Assembly (NCBI GenBank): GCA_035063585.1
Contig: JAPSGB010000013.1
Location: 32,001 to 96,000, forward strand
Length of the DNA stretch: 64,000 nucleotides
Source: Polyangiaceae bacterium
Lineage (GTDB): Bacteria; Myxococcota_A; Polyangia; Polyangiales; Polyangiaceae
Direction: 5' to 3'
Shown: piece after piece, positions 23,246 through 33,732 of the stretch
How positions within the stretch are numbered: position 1 is the first letter of the stretch
How the letters are laid out: each line of letters opens with the position of its first letter
The notes under the pieces: model-generated
The model's database searches: none
What the model was told of the DNA's origin: nothing
What the model saw: the letters and a program-made list of their open reading frames with translations, nothing else
Position numbers and translations under genes: made by a program

Positions 23246-23866
23246 ATGAAGGTGACGAGCCGGTCATTTCAGAGCCAAGCCCGCATCCCCGGTCGATTCG
23301 CGCTGGGAGTCCCCGGCGACTCCGGGCCGGTGCCGGGGCCGAACCTGAGCCCGCACCTCGCGTGGTCGGAGGTCCCCGAGGGGACGCGGTCGTTCGCCAT
23401 CATCTGCCACGACTCGGACGCGCCCTCGCGCGCGGATGACGTCAACCAAGCGGGACGGGTGGTTCCCTACCAGCTCGCCCGCGTCGATTTCTTCCACTGG
23501 GTGCTCGTCGACATCCCGCCGAGCACCCGCGAGCTCGCCGAGGGCGCGGACGCGGACGGGCTGGTCGCCCGCGGCAAGCCCGTCGGGCCGACCGCGCACG
23601 GCGTGCGCGGCGTGAACAGCTACACGAGCTGGTTCGCAGGTGACGCCGCCATGAGCGGTGACTACGGCGGCTACGACGGCCCCTGGCCCCCCTTCAACGA
23701 CGAGCGCGTGCATCGCTACACCTTCACCGTCTACGCGGTAGACGCCCCCTCGCTCGGGCTCTCGGGCCCGTTCACCGGCGACGACGCGCGCCGGGCGCTC
23801 GCTGGCCACGTCCTCGCCGAAGCGAGCGTCGTCGGAACCTACTCGCTCTACGCGGACGCGCGCTGA
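23246..23866 (+). CDS. YbhB/YbcL (PEBP/RKIP-like) protein
   Basis: NLSPHLAWS, DSDAP, FFHWV, YDGPWPP and HRY motifs. GGAGG SD. Confidence 0.92.
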   Translation: MKVTSRSFQSQARIPGRFALGVPGDSGPVPGPNLSPHLAWSEVPEGTRSFAIICHDSDAPSRADDVNQAGRVVPYQLARVDFFHWVLVDIPPSTRELAEGADADGLVARGKPVGPTAHGVRGVNSYTSWFAGDAAMSGDYGGYDGPWPPFNDERVHRYTFTVYAVDAPSLGLSGPFTGDDARRALAGHVLAEASVVGTYSLYADAR

Positions 23867-25884
23867 TGAAAAACCCGCTCCTGTCTCCCGGGCTCGAGCT
23901 CGCCTTCGACGAGCTCCGCGCGGAGCAGGTCGAGCCGGCGATCACGACCTTGCTCGACGAGGCGCGCGCGGCGCTCGACGTCGTCGCGCGCCAAGCGGGC
24001 CCGCGCACCTACGCGAACACGCTCGGCGCTCTCGAGGCCGCGACCGTCAAGCTCGAGGAGGCGATGAGCGTGGTCGAGCACCTCGAGAACGTCGCGACCA
24101 CGCCCGCGCTCCGCGAGGCGCACAACGCCGTGCTCCCCGAGGTGAGCGCGTTCTGGTCGAGCATCCCGCTCCACGCCGGCCTCTACCGCGCGCTCGAGGA
24201 GTACGCCCGAACAAGCGACGCGGCCGGGCTCGACCCGGTGCGCCGCCGCTTCCTCGACAAGACGCTCGACGACTTTCGCCGGCACGGGGCCGAGCTCGAC
24301 GAGGCGGGCAAGGCACGCCTCGCCGCGATCGACCTCGAGCTCTCCGAGACGACCACGCGCTTCAGCCAGAACCTGCTCGACGCGACCGCAGCATGGGAGC
24401 TCGTCATCGAGGACGAGACGATGCTCGCCGGGCTCCCGGAGTCCGCCCGCGAGCTCGCTCGCGACAGCGCGGAGCAGAAGGGCAGGCCGGGCTGGCGCTT
24501 CACGCTGCAAGCGCCGAGCGTCACCGCCGTGCTCACCTACCTCGACGATCGCGGCACGCGCGAGGCGGTCTGGCGCGCGCAGGACACCCGCGCCGCCCGC
24601 GCGCCCTTCGACAACCGCCCACTCATCACCAAGATCCTGGAGCTTCGGCGCGAGCGCGCCCGGCTGCTCGGGTTCGCGAGCTTCGTCGATCTCGTGCTCG
24701 CCGATCGCATGGCGAAGACGGCGGCCACGGCGCGCGCCTTCGTGGAGGACCTCACCCGACGCACGCGCGCCGCCTTCGAGCGCGAGCAGGAGGAGCTCCT
24801 GTCGTTCCGGCGCGGAATCGAGGGGCCCGACGCCCCACCGCTCGAGCCCTGGGACGTCGCCTACTACGCCGAGCTCATGCGCAAGGCGAAATACGCCTTC
24901 GACGAGGAGGAGCTCCGCGCCTATTTCCCGGTGGAGGCCGCGCTCCGCGGGGCCTTCGAGACGGCCGAGCGTCTCTACGGCGTGCGAATCACTCCGAACC
25001 AGGCGGTCGCCGGGTGGGCTCCGGAGGTCCGCGGTTATCGGCTCACGGACGCGGACGGGAGCGAACTCGGGCGCTTCTTCATCGATCTATACCCGCGCGA
25101 GACGAAGACCGGCGGCGCGTGGATGCACGGCCTCGTTCCATCCGTCCCACCCGCGCCCCACCTGGCGGTCCTGGTCACCAACGCGAGCCCGCCGGCAGGC
25201 GCCAAGCCGTCGCTCCTCACTCATCGCGAGGTGGAGACGCTCTTCCACGAATTCGGGCACCTCCTGCACCACTGCCTGAGCAAGGTGACGGTGCGGAGCC
25301 TCTCCTGCACCCGGGTCGCGGGAGATTTCGTCGAGCTGCCGAGCCAGCTCATGGAGAACTGGTGCTCGGAGCAGGAGGGGCTCGCTCTCTTCGCGCGCCA
25401 CTGGCAGTCGGGCGAGAAGCTCCCCGAGAGCCTGCTCGACGGCCTCAAGCGCGTCCGCACCTATCGCGCCGCGACCGCGCAGATGCGCCAGCTCGGGTTT
25501 GCGACCGTCGATCTCGCGCTCCATATGGACTACGACTCTCGGCGCGACGGCGACGTCCTCGCCTTCGCGCGAGGCGTGCTCGAGGGATTCTCCCCGGCGC
25601 CGCTCCCCGACGATTACGCGATGATCGCTACGTTCGGTCACTTGTTCGCCTACCCGGTCGGCTACGCCGGCGGGTACTACAGCTACAAGTGGGCGGAGGT
25701 GCTCGACGCGGACGCCTTCAGCCGCTTCAAGGAGCGCGGTATCCTGAGCCGCGAGGTCGGCGCGGACTTCCGCGCACGCGTGCTCGAGTTGGGCGACAGC
25801 CGCGACCCGATGGAGCTCTTCGAGTCGTTCATGGGGCGGCCGCCCCGCGTAGAGGCCCTGCTCGAACGAGAGGGGCTCGCGTGA
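23866..25884 (+). CDS. prlC: M3 family oligopeptidase A
   Basis: TLFHEFGH, DFVELPSQLMENW and YAGGYYSYKWAEVLDAD. TGATG coupling to the upstream gene. Confidence 0.9.
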   Translation: MKNPLLSPGLELAFDELRAEQVEPAITTLLDEARAALDVVARQAGPRTYANTLGALEAATVKLEEAMSVVEHLENVATTPALREAHNAVLPEVSAFWSSIPLHAGLYRALEEYARTSDAAGLDPVRRRFLDKTLDDFRRHGAELDEAGKARLAAIDLELSETTTRFSQNLLDATAAWELVIEDETMLAGLPESARELARDSAEQKGRPGWRFTLQAPSVTAVLTYLDDRGTREAVWRAQDTRAARAPFDNRPLITKILELRRERARLLGFASFVDLVLADRMAKTAATARAFVEDLTRRTRAAFEREQEELLSFRRGIEGPDAPPLEPWDVAYYAELMRKAKYAFDEEELRAYFPVEAALRGAFETAERLYGVRITPNQAVAGWAPEVRGYRLTDADGSELGRFFIDLYPRETKTGGAWMHGLVPSVPPAPHLAVLVTNASPPAGAKPSLLTHREVETLFHEFGHLLHHCLSKVTVRSLSCTRVAGDFVELPSQLMENWCSEQEGLALFARHWQSGEKLPESLLDGLKRVRTYRAATAQMRQLGFATVDLALHMDYDSRRDGDVLAFARGVLEGFSPAPLPDDYAMIATFGHLFAYPVGYAGGYYSYKWAEVLDADAFSRFKERGILSREVGADFRARVLELGDSRDPMELFESFMGRPPRVEALLEREGLA

Positions 25885-25987
25885 GCCCCGCGCGCCCGGA
25901 CGGCGCGCGAGCTTCGGAGAAGACTCGGCAAAATCCGTCATGATCTTCATCAGAGCGAGAAATCGCCAAAATGGTTAGGGGCCGCCC

Positions 25988-26932
25988 GTGACGAAACTCC
26001 GCCTGGCGACCTTGGTCGCGCTCCTCATCACGCTCGGCGTCATCCTGCTGGGCGCGTTCGTGCGCCTCTCGGACGCCGGGCTCGGCTGCCCCGACTGGCC
26101 CGGCTGCTACGGTCACTACGCAGTCCCCGCGCACGCCGCCGACGCGGGCAAGGCGTGGAAGGAGATGGTGCATCGCTACTTCGCCGGCTCGCTCGGGCTC
26201 ATCGTGTTCGGGCTCGCGGTGTGGTCGTGGAGGCGCGGCTCGCGAAGGCAGAAGCTCATCTTCGGCGCGGCCGCGGTGCTCATCGTGTTTCAGGCGGCGC
26301 TCGGCATGTGGACGGTCACGCTGCGTCTCCAACCGCTGGTCGTGATGGGTCATCTCCTCGGGGGGATCAGCCTGGCGTCGCTCCTCTGGCTCGGCCTGCT
26401 CGAGACGCGGGCGAGCGCGGCGCCCCCGAGCTTGCGGTGGCTCGCGCCGCTCGCGCTCGCGGTGGTCGTCGCGCAAGTCGCGCTCGGCGGCTGGACGAGC
26501 TCCACCTACTCCGCGCTCGCGTGCGCGGATTTCCCGAAGTGCAACGGGAGTTGGTGGCCCGCCACGGATTTCTCCGACGCGTTCGTGCCGTGGCGTAGCC
26601 TCGACGTCAGCTTCGAGCACGGCGTGCTCGCGGGCCCCGCGCGCGTGTCGATCCAGCTCGCGCACCGCCTCGGCGCGGCCGTGGTGTTCGTCGTGGTCGG
26701 CGCCCTCGGGACGCTATCCATCGCGCGCGGGGACCGCACCCTCCGCGCGGGCGGGATCGCGCTCATCGCGCTGCTGATGGTTCAGGTGACGCTCGGCGTC
26801 AGCAACGTGCTCTTCTTGCTCCCGATGCCGGTAGCGGTGCTGCACAACGGGGTCGCCACGCTGCTCGTCCTCGCCAGCATCCGCCAGGTCTTCATCAGCC
26901 GCGTGAGCCCGCCCGAGCCCTCGAGCTCGTGA
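25988..26932 (+). CDS. ctaA: Heme A synthase (COX15/CtaA)
   Basis: GLGCPDWPGC, EMVHR, second C..C loop, QLAHR and VLHNG. Confidence 0.92.
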   Translation: MTKLRLATLVALLITLGVILLGAFVRLSDAGLGCPDWPGCYGHYAVPAHAADAGKAWKEMVHRYFAGSLGLIVFGLAVWSWRRGSRRQKLIFGAAAVLIVFQAALGMWTVTLRLQPLVVMGHLLGGISLASLLWLGLLETRASAAPPSLRWLAPLALAVVVAQVALGGWTSSTYSALACADFPKCNGSWWPATDFSDAFVPWRSLDVSFEHGVLAGPARVSIQLAHRLGAAVVFVVVGALGTLSIARGDRTLRAGGIALIALLMVQVTLGVSNVLFLLPMPVAVLHNGVATLLVLASIRQVFISRVSPPEPSSS

Positions 26933-26977
26933 GCTCCCGAGGAGCCGCCGCGCGCCGTCGGTGGTAAGAGGGCGGCC

Positions 26978-28252
26978 ATGACGGATCCGATCTCTCTCGG
27001 GCTCTTCGAGCGCGCCCGCACGCTCATGCCAGGCGGAGTCAATAGCCCCGTGCGCGCCTTCAAGGCGGTGGGCGGATACCCGGTGTTCATCGAGCGCGCC
27101 CGCGGGTCGCACGTCTTCGGCGCCGACGGCACCGACTACATCGACTACGTCGGCTCCTGGGGCCCGGCCATCCTTGGTCACGCGCACCCCGAGGTCGTCG
27201 CCGCCGTGCAGCGCGCCGCCGAGCGCGGGCTCTCCTTCGGCGCGCCCACCGAGCTCGAGGTCCGCTTCGCCGAGGCCATCCGCGAGCGCTACCCCTCGAT
27301 CGAAATGTTGCGCTGCGTCTCGAGCGGCACCGAGGCGACCATGAGCGCGCTCCGAGTCGCCCGCGGGCACACGAAGCGCGACGTCATCGTGAAGTTCGAC
27401 GGCGCGTACCACGGTCATCACGACGCGCTCCTCGTAAAGGCCGGCAGCGGCGCGGCGACCTTCGGCGCCCCCGACAGCGCCGGCATCCCGCGGGGCATGG
27501 TGGAGACCACCGCGACGCTCCCCTACAACGACATCGCGGCGCTCGAGGCGTTCTTCGACCAAGAGGGCGCGCGCATCGCCGCGGTGATCGTCGAGCCGGT
27601 GGCCGGCAACATGGGCTGCGTGCCACCCGAGCCAGGCTTCCTCCAGTGCATCGTCGACGCCTGCTCCCGGCACGGCGCCGTCTCGATCTTCGACGAGGTC
27701 ATGACTGGCTTTCGCGTCGCGGCCGGCGGCGCGCAAGGCCGTTACGGCGTCTCCCCGGATCTCACCTGCCTCGGCAAGATCGCCGGCGGCGGTCTCCCGC
27801 TCGCGGTCTATGGCGGCCGCGCGGCGCTCATGAAGCACGTCGCGCCCTTGGGCGGCGTCTATCAGGCCGGAACCCTCAGCGGGAACCCGCTCGCCACCAG
27901 CGCGGGGCTCGCGACGCTCGAGCGGCTCGATGGAGCCGTCTACGAGACGCTCGAGGCGCGCGGCGCGCAGCTCGAGGCCGGGCTCGCGAACGCGCTCCGC
28001 GAGCGCGGCGTAGGAGGAGTGGTCCAGCGCGTCGGCTCGATGCTGACGCTCTTCTTCCACGACGGCCCGGTGCGCTCGTGGAGGGAGGCGAGCGCCTCGG
28101 ACACCGCCCGCTTCGCGACCTGGCATGCGGGGCTCCTGTCACGCGGCGTATACTGGCCGCCCTCACAGTACGAGGCCGCGTTCATCTCGGCGGAGCACAC
28201 GGAGGACGAACTCGAGCGCACCATCCGCGCTGCGCGCGACGCGCTCGGCTGA
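26978..28252 (+). CDS. hemL: Glutamate-1-semialdehyde 2,1-aminomutase
   Basis: PGGVNSPVRAF, SGTEATM, FDEVMTGFR, GKIAGGGLP and YQAGTLSGNP motifs. Confidence 0.97.
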   Translation: MTDPISLGLFERARTLMPGGVNSPVRAFKAVGGYPVFIERARGSHVFGADGTDYIDYVGSWGPAILGHAHPEVVAAVQRAAERGLSFGAPTELEVRFAEAIRERYPSIEMLRCVSSGTEATMSALRVARGHTKRDVIVKFDGAYHGHHDALLVKAGSGAATFGAPDSAGIPRGMVETTATLPYNDIAALEAFFDQEGARIAAVIVEPVAGNMGCVPPEPGFLQCIVDACSRHGAVSIFDEVMTGFRVAAGGAQGRYGVSPDLTCLGKIAGGGLPLAVYGGRAALMKHVAPLGGVYQAGTLSGNPLATSAGLATLERLDGAVYETLEARGAQLEAGLANALRERGVGGVVQRVGSMLTLFFHDGPVRSWREASASDTARFATWHAGLLSRGVYWPPSQYEAAFISAEHTEDELERTIRAARDALG

Positions 28253-28317
28253 GCAGCGATCGCGACCGCCTCCCTCCGTGCCCCCCCGCGCTCTGGCGAA
28301 CTCCCGGAGGCGCGCCG

Positions 28318-28611
28318 CTACCAGGAGCCGTGGCTGCCGTGCGAGCCGTGGCTGCCGTGCGAGCCGTGGCTGCCGTGCGAGCCGTGGCTGCCGTGCGAGC
28401 CGTGGCTGCCGTGCGAGCCGTGGCTGCCGTGCGAGCCGTGCGAGCAGTGCTGCGCCGGGATGACGCCGCCGCTGTCGTCACCGAACCCGGGCGCCTGGTC
28501 GCAGTTGTCTCGGGCCTTGTCGATGACGGCGTCCTCCGACTTGCTCAACATGCCGCGAGCCGAGCGAGAGAACGAGGGCAGCTTGCCTGGTCCGGTGCTT
28601 TTGGACGCCAC
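28318..28611 (-). CDS. His-Xaa-Ser repeat peptide (HxsA-like putative RiPP precursor)
   Basis: 54-aa leader, then HCS(HGS)13W-stop. GTG start preceded by a TGT-TAGACT box. Confidence 0.85.
   Translation of the reverse strand: MASKSTGPGKLPSFSRSARGMLSKSEDAVIDKARDNCDQAPGFGDDSGGVIPAQHCSHGSHGSHGSHGSHGSHGSHGSHGSHGSHGSHGSHGSHGSW
28324..28449 (-). repeat. Coding tandem repeat: 14 x 9 bp (18-bp higher-order unit cacggctcgcacggcagc)
   Basis: Read directly. Ser codons alternate TCG/AGC. Confidence 0.95.
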
Positions 28612-28759
28612 GGCTCGAGTCTAACAGAAAACCCCCGCGACCGCGATTCGGTCTGGCTGACGCGGCGGGCGAGCCCGGGGAGCGCGGCCGCTTCGCCCGC
28701 GCTCATGCGCCCCGGGCGCTCGGGCGAACCTGGAATAATCCCCGGGATTTCGGCGAGCT

Positions 28760-31489
28760 TCAACCTGCGCCCGCCGGCGACCGCAGCGCAGCCTGCGCCG
28801 CGGCGAGCCGAGCGATCGGCGCCCGGAAGGGCGAGCAAGAGACGTAGGCGAGCCCAGCGCGGTGGAAGAAGTCGATCGAGGCCGGATCGCCGCCGTGCTC
28901 CCCGCAAATCCCGAGCGAGATGTCGGGGCGGGTGGCCCGCCCCTTCTCGACCGCCATTCGCACCAGCGCTCCGACGCCCTCCTGATCGAGCGACACGAAC
29001 GGGTCGCGGGGCAAGATGCCCCGCCTCACGTACTCGGGCAAGAACTTCCCCGCGTCGTCGCGCGACAGCCCCAGCGCGGTCTGCGTGAGGTCATTGGTGC
29101 CGAACGAGAAGAACTCGGCGGTCCGCGCGAGGTCGTCGGCGAGCACCGCCGCGCGCGGCAGCTCGATCATGGTCCCGAACTCGTACGCGACGCGAATCCC
29201 CGCTTGGCTGAACACCTGCTCGGCGACCTGCTCGGTGATGGTCTTCATGAGGTCGAGCTCGGGCCTGCCGAAGGCGAGCGGGATCATGAGCTCCGGGTGG
29301 ACCTCGACGCCCTCCTTCGCGACCGTGCAGGCGGCGGTCAGGATCGCGCGCACCTGCATCGCGCTGATCTCGGGGAAGGTCACGCCGAGCCGACAGCCCC
29401 GATGCCCGAGCATCGGGTTGACCTCGTGCAGACGCTCGACCTGGCGAGCGACCGCCTCGACCTCGACCCCGAGCGACCTCGCGACTCCCGCCATCTGCTC
29501 GGGGAGCGCCGGGAGGAACTCGTGGAGCGGTGGATCGAGCAGGCGGATGGTCACCGGGAGGCCGCCCATGGCGCGGAAGATCTCGACGAAGTCTCCCGTC
29601 TGGAAAGGCAAGAGCTTCGCGAGCGCTGCCTCGCGCGCCTCGAGATCGCCGGCGAGGATCATCTCGCGCACCGCCTCGATGCGCTCCTCGTCGAAGAACA
29701 TGTGCTCGGTGCGGCAAAGCCCGATCCCCTCGGCGCCGAGGCTCCGCGCCTGCTTCGCGTCGTGCGGGGTATCGGCGTTGGCGCGGACGCGGAGGCGCCG
29801 CTTCGCGTCCGCCCAGCCGAGGAGCTCGGCGAACTCCCCGCCCAGCTCCGGCTCGGTCTTCGCGACGTCGCCGAGATAGACGGCGCCCGACGAGCCGTCA
29901 ATGGTGATGAGGTCCGTCGGGTTGACGATGAGCGCGGCCCCGGCCTCGTCCGAGTCGCGGATGGTCAGGATGCCGAGCTCGCGATCTATCGAGATCGCGG
30001 AACAACCCACCACGCAGGCGCGCCCCATGCCGCGCGCCACCACGGCCGCGTGGCTCGTCGCGCCACCGCGCGCGGTGAGGATGCCGCGCGCCGCCTTCAT
30101 CCCGTGGAGATCCTCGGGTGACGTCTCGATCCGCACCAAGATGACCGGCTCGCCCGCCTCGGCGCGCCGCTCGGCGTCATCGGCGCTGAACGACACGTAG
30201 CCCGTGACCGCTCCCGGGGACGCCGGCAGCCCGCGGGTCGCCGGCACGACCCCAGCCTTCGGGTCAATCGACGGGAAGAGGAGCTCCTCGACGCGGTCGG
30301 CGCTCACCCGCAAGAGCGCCTCGTCCCGAGTGATGAGCCCCTCGCGCACCATCTCGACCGCGATCCGGACCTCGGCGCGTGCCGAGCGCTTCCCGTTACG
30401 CGTCTGCAACAAGAAGAGCTGGCCGTCCTCGACGGTGAACTCGAGGTCCTGCATGTCGCGGAAGTGGCGCTCGAGCTTCTGCTGCGTCTCGTAGAGCTGT
30501 CGATAGATGGCCGGATTTGCCTCCTCGAGCGAAGACCCCGTGTCTCCGGTCGCCTTCGCGAGGTGCTGGGGCGTACGGAGCCCTGCCACCACGTCCTCGC
30601 CCTGGGCGTTCGGCAGCCACTCGCCGAAGAAGCGCCGCTCGCCCGTGCTGGGATCGCGCGTGAAGGCGACGCCGGTGGCGCTGGTGTCCCCCAGGTTGCC
30701 GAACACCATCGCCTGTACGTTCACGGCCGTGCCCCACTCATCCGGGATGCCGTTCATTCGACGGTAGAAGCTCGCGCGGGGGTTGCGCCAGCTCTCGAAC
30801 ACCGCGGCGATCGCGCCCATGAGCTGCTCGATGGGTCGGCTCGGGAAGCCTCCGGCGTGCTCCACGAGGATCGCCTTGAAGTCCGTCACCACCTGCTCGA
30901 GCTCCTCGGCGCGCAGCATCGAGTCCGGGATCGCCTTGACGAGCAAGTCGACGTCGACCGGCGCGGGGATACCGAGCGCGGCCCCCGCGCGGCGGCGCGC
31001 CTCGTTCATGGGGCCGTCGAACCGGGTCCGCTCCACGCCAAGCACGACGTCGCCGTACATGGTGAGGAAGCGCCGGTAGGCGTCGAGCGCGAAGCGTGGA
31101 TTCTTGGTTTGCTCGCGAAGCGCCGCGACGGTCTCGTCGTTCAACCCGAGGTTCAGGATGGTGTCCATCATCCCCGGCATGCTCGACCGCGCCCCGGAGC
31201 GGACGCTGACGAGGAGCGGCTGGCTCGCCCCGCCGAAGCGCTTGCCGGTCTGCGCCTCGAGCCACGCGAGGTTCTCTTCCACCGCGCTCCGCAGCCCGCT
31301 CGGCAGCTTGCCGCCTGCGCGGAAGTACTCGACGCACAGCTCGGTGGTGATGGTGAACCCGGGAGGCACCGGCACGCCGAGGTTGGCCATCTCCGCGAGA
31401 TTCGCGCCCTTCCCCCCGAGCAACGCCTTCTGCCCGGCGTCGCCGTCGGCGCTTCCGGGAGCAAACCGGTAAATGAGCTTGGCAGTCAT
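28760..31489 (-). CDS. ppdK: Pyruvate, phosphate dikinase
   Basis: GGKGANLAEM, SMPGMMDT, NAQGEDVVAG, TSHAAVVAR, GLCRTEHMF and GICGEHGG motifs. Confidence 0.97.
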   Translation of the reverse strand: MTAKLIYRFAPGSADGDAGQKALLGGKGANLAEMANLGVPVPPGFTITTELCVEYFRAGGKLPSGLRSAVEENLAWLEAQTGKRFGGASQPLLVSVRSGARSSMPGMMDTILNLGLNDETVAALREQTKNPRFALDAYRRFLTMYGDVVLGVERTRFDGPMNEARRRAGAALGIPAPVDVDLLVKAIPDSMLRAEELEQVVTDFKAILVEHAGGFPSRPIEQLMGAIAAVFESWRNPRASFYRRMNGIPDEWGTAVNVQAMVFGNLGDTSATGVAFTRDPSTGERRFFGEWLPNAQGEDVVAGLRTPQHLAKATGDTGSSLEEANPAIYRQLYETQQKLERHFRDMQDLEFTVEDGQLFLLQTRNGKRSARAEVRIAVEMVREGLITRDEALLRVSADRVEELLFPSIDPKAGVVPATRGLPASPGAVTGYVSFSADDAERRAEAGEPVILVRIETSPEDLHGMKAARGILTARGGATSHAAVVARGMGRACVVGCSAISIDRELGILTIRDSDEAGAALIVNPTDLITIDGSSGAVYLGDVAKTEPELGGEFAELLGWADAKRRLRVRANADTPHDAKQARSLGAEGIGLCRTEHMFFDEERIEAVREMILAGDLEAREAALAKLLPFQTGDFVEIFRAMGGLPVTIRLLDPPLHEFLPALPEQMAGVARSLGVEVEAVARQVERLHEVNPMLGHRGCRLGVTFPEISAMQVRAILTAACTVAKEGVEVHPELMIPLAFGRPELDLMKTITEQVAEQVFSQAGIRVAYEFGTMIELPRAAVLADDLARTAEFFSFGTNDLTQTALGLSRDDAGKFLPEYVRRGILPRDPFVSLDQEGVGALVRMAVEKGRATRPDISLGICGEHGGDPASIDFFHRAGLAYVSCSPFRAPIARLAAAQAALRSPAGAG

Positions 31490-31492
31490 GGC

Positions 31493-33577
31493 TCACCTCT
31501 CTCTCGCGAGCAGGTTGAAGGCGGCGATCCCCGAGCAGGCCTGCTCGATGCGTCGCATCAGCCGCAGGCGATTGTCTCGCAGCTCCTGCTCCTCCGCCAT
31601 CACGAATACGTCCTCGAAAAATTTGCCGAGAGCGGGCGCAAAGCTTGCGATCTCGCCGATGGCGCGATCATAAGCGCGCTCTCGTCGAGCCGCTTCGAGC
31701 GTGCGCTCGAGCGACGTGAGCGCGTCGAACAGCCGCTGCTCCGAGGGGTGCACCTCCCCGTGGACCTCCGCGGGCGGTCTCGGATCGCCGGGAGGCGCAT
31801 CTCTCGCGATGTTGGCGGCCCGCTTGAACACCTCGCCGGCCGTCGCGCGCAGCTCGGCATCGATCGCGCCGAGCGCGCGCGCCCTGAGCGCCACGTCGGT
31901 CGGATCGTCGGCCCCCGCGGCGAGGCAGGCCTCGACGGCGTCGGAAGGGAAGGTCGCCACGAGCAGGCCGCGCAGGCGGTCGCGAAGGAAGGTCGCGAGC
32001 CGCTCGGCGGTAGCGTCCGCGTCGTGGTCGAGCGTGAGCCCGGCGAGGCCCGCGTGCGCGGCGCGCACCGCCGCCGCGAGCCCCAAGTGCCACCCCTTGT
32101 CGAGCAGCGTCCGCAGCACACCGAGGGCGGCGCGCCGGAGCGCGAGCGGATCGGCGGCCCCGGTCGGCTGGATCCCGACGGCGAAGCAGCCGGTCAGGGT
32201 GTCGAGCCGATCCGCGATGGCTACCAGCGCGCCCGCGTCGCTCGGCGCGGTGACGTCGTCGGCGCCGCGCGGTTGGTAGTGCTCCGCGATGACGTCGGCG
32301 ACCGCGCCATCGACGCCCTGAGCGCGCGCGTAGGCGCGCCCCATCTCGCCCTGGAGCTCCGGCAGCTCACCCACCATCAGGGTCACGAGGTCGCACTTGG
32401 CGAGCGCGGCCCCCTGCTCGGCGGCTCGTACCGTCGCGGGCGCGAGCGACAAGCTCGCGCCATAGATGCCGACCAACCGCTCGACGCGCCTCACCTTGTC
32501 GCCGACGCTCCCGAGCCGCTTATGGAACATGACGCCGTCGAGGGCGGAGCGCCGCTCGCCGAGCGGCCTCGCGAGATCTTCGTCGTAGAAGAATTTCGCG
32601 TCTGCCAGCCGCGCGCGCATCACGCGGTCGTTGCCGCGCCGCACGTTGTCCGGGCGCTCAGCGGTGTTCACCACCGCCAGGTACTTCGGCAAGAGCCGCC
32701 CGTCGGAGCCGCGCACGCCAAAATAACGCTGGTGGCCCTTGGCCACGTCGAGGATCACTCGCTCGGGGAGCGCGAGGAAGGCCGGATCGAACCCGCCCAC
32801 CACCACCTGCGGCTCCTCCACCAGCGAGGCGTTCTCGCCCATCAAGAACTCGTCCTCGATGAGCGCGCCGCCCGCCTCGGCGGCGGCTGCGCGCAACCGC
32901 TCGAGCATGACACGCTCGCGCTCCGCCATATCGACCAGCACGCGCGCGCCGCGCAGCGTGTCGACGTAGCCTTTCGCGCTCGACACCGTGAGCTCACCGG
33001 GCGCGAGGAAGCGGTGCCCGCGTGACGTGACGCCGCTCCGCACACCGGCGAACGAGAGCTCGAGCGGAGTCGCACCGAAGAGCGCGACCAGCCAGCGCAC
33101 GGGCCTACCGAACGCGACGTCACCGTCCGACCAGCGCATCGACTTGCGAAATGGGATCTCGGAGATGACCGCCTCGAGCGCGGCGGGCAGCAGCAGGGTG
33201 GCGGGCTGCCCCTGCTCACGTCGCCGCGCGGCGGCGTACTCGCCCTTGTCGGTCTCGACGCGAGTGAGCGCGCTCGGCTCGCAGCCGCTCCGGCTGGCGA
33301 ACGCGAGCGCCGCCTTGGTGGGATTCCCCTCCGCGTCGAACGCGATGCGCGCCGGCGGGCCGAGCACCTGCTCGTCGAGATCGGCCTGCGCCTCTGCCAC
33401 ACCCTCCGCGAGCAGGGCGAGCCGGCGAGGGGTGCCCGTCGCGCTCACGACGCCGTGCCCGAGGCGCCGCTCCGCGAGTCTCCGGGTGAGGAGCGCCGGC
33501 AGCGCCTCGACCGCGGCGGCCACGAACGAGGCGGGGAGTTCTTCGACGCCGATTTCGAGCAGGAGGTCCTGAGCCAT
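31493..33577 (-). CDS. glyS: Glycine--tRNA ligase beta subunit
   Basis: LLLEIGVEELP, TPRRLA, KSMRW, HQRYF, ELQGEMG, DPLALRR and NRLRL motifs. Confidence 0.96.
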   Translation of the reverse strand: MAQDLLLEIGVEELPASFVAAAVEALPALLTRRLAERRLGHGVVSATGTPRRLALLAEGVAEAQADLDEQVLGPPARIAFDAEGNPTKAALAFASRSGCEPSALTRVETDKGEYAAARRREQGQPATLLLPAALEAVISEIPFRKSMRWSDGDVAFGRPVRWLVALFGATPLELSFAGVRSGVTSRGHRFLAPGELTVSSAKGYVDTLRGARVLVDMAERERVMLERLRAAAAEAGGALIEDEFLMGENASLVEEPQVVVGGFDPAFLALPERVILDVAKGHQRYFGVRGSDGRLLPKYLAVVNTAERPDNVRRGNDRVMRARLADAKFFYDEDLARPLGERRSALDGVMFHKRLGSVGDKVRRVERLVGIYGASLSLAPATVRAAEQGAALAKCDLVTLMVGELPELQGEMGRAYARAQGVDGAVADVIAEHYQPRGADDVTAPSDAGALVAIADRLDTLTGCFAVGIQPTGAADPLALRRAALGVLRTLLDKGWHLGLAAAVRAAHAGLAGLTLDHDADATAERLATFLRDRLRGLLVATFPSDAVEACLAAGADDPTDVALRARALGAIDAELRATAGEVFKRAANIARDAPPGDPRPPAEVHGEVHPSEQRLFDALTSLERTLEAARRERAYDRAIGEIASFAPALGKFFEDVFVMAEEQELRDNRLRLMRRIEQACSGIAAFNLLARER

Positions 33578-33732
33578 GGGCCGCAGAAGCTAAATCAGCG
33601 CGATGCGGCCCGCCATCCCGAATGGGCGTCGGGCGCCAGCGTCGAGCCGCGCCCTGGGGGCGACCGGGCAAATCGGCCGAGAGCGGTTCGATCTGCCGAA
33701 GCGCTCACCCTTGTGCCATCCTCTCGGCCGAG

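Noticed and set aside
25924..25940. Second RegA-like box upstream of ctaA (tcggc-aaaat-ccgtc)
   Set aside because: Too many mismatches to GCGRC-N5-GYCGC to call without a PWM.
28324..28449. Tandem repeat as a CRISPR array
   Set aside because: Contiguous 9/18-bp units with no spacers and no cas genes. It encodes in-frame HGS repeats.
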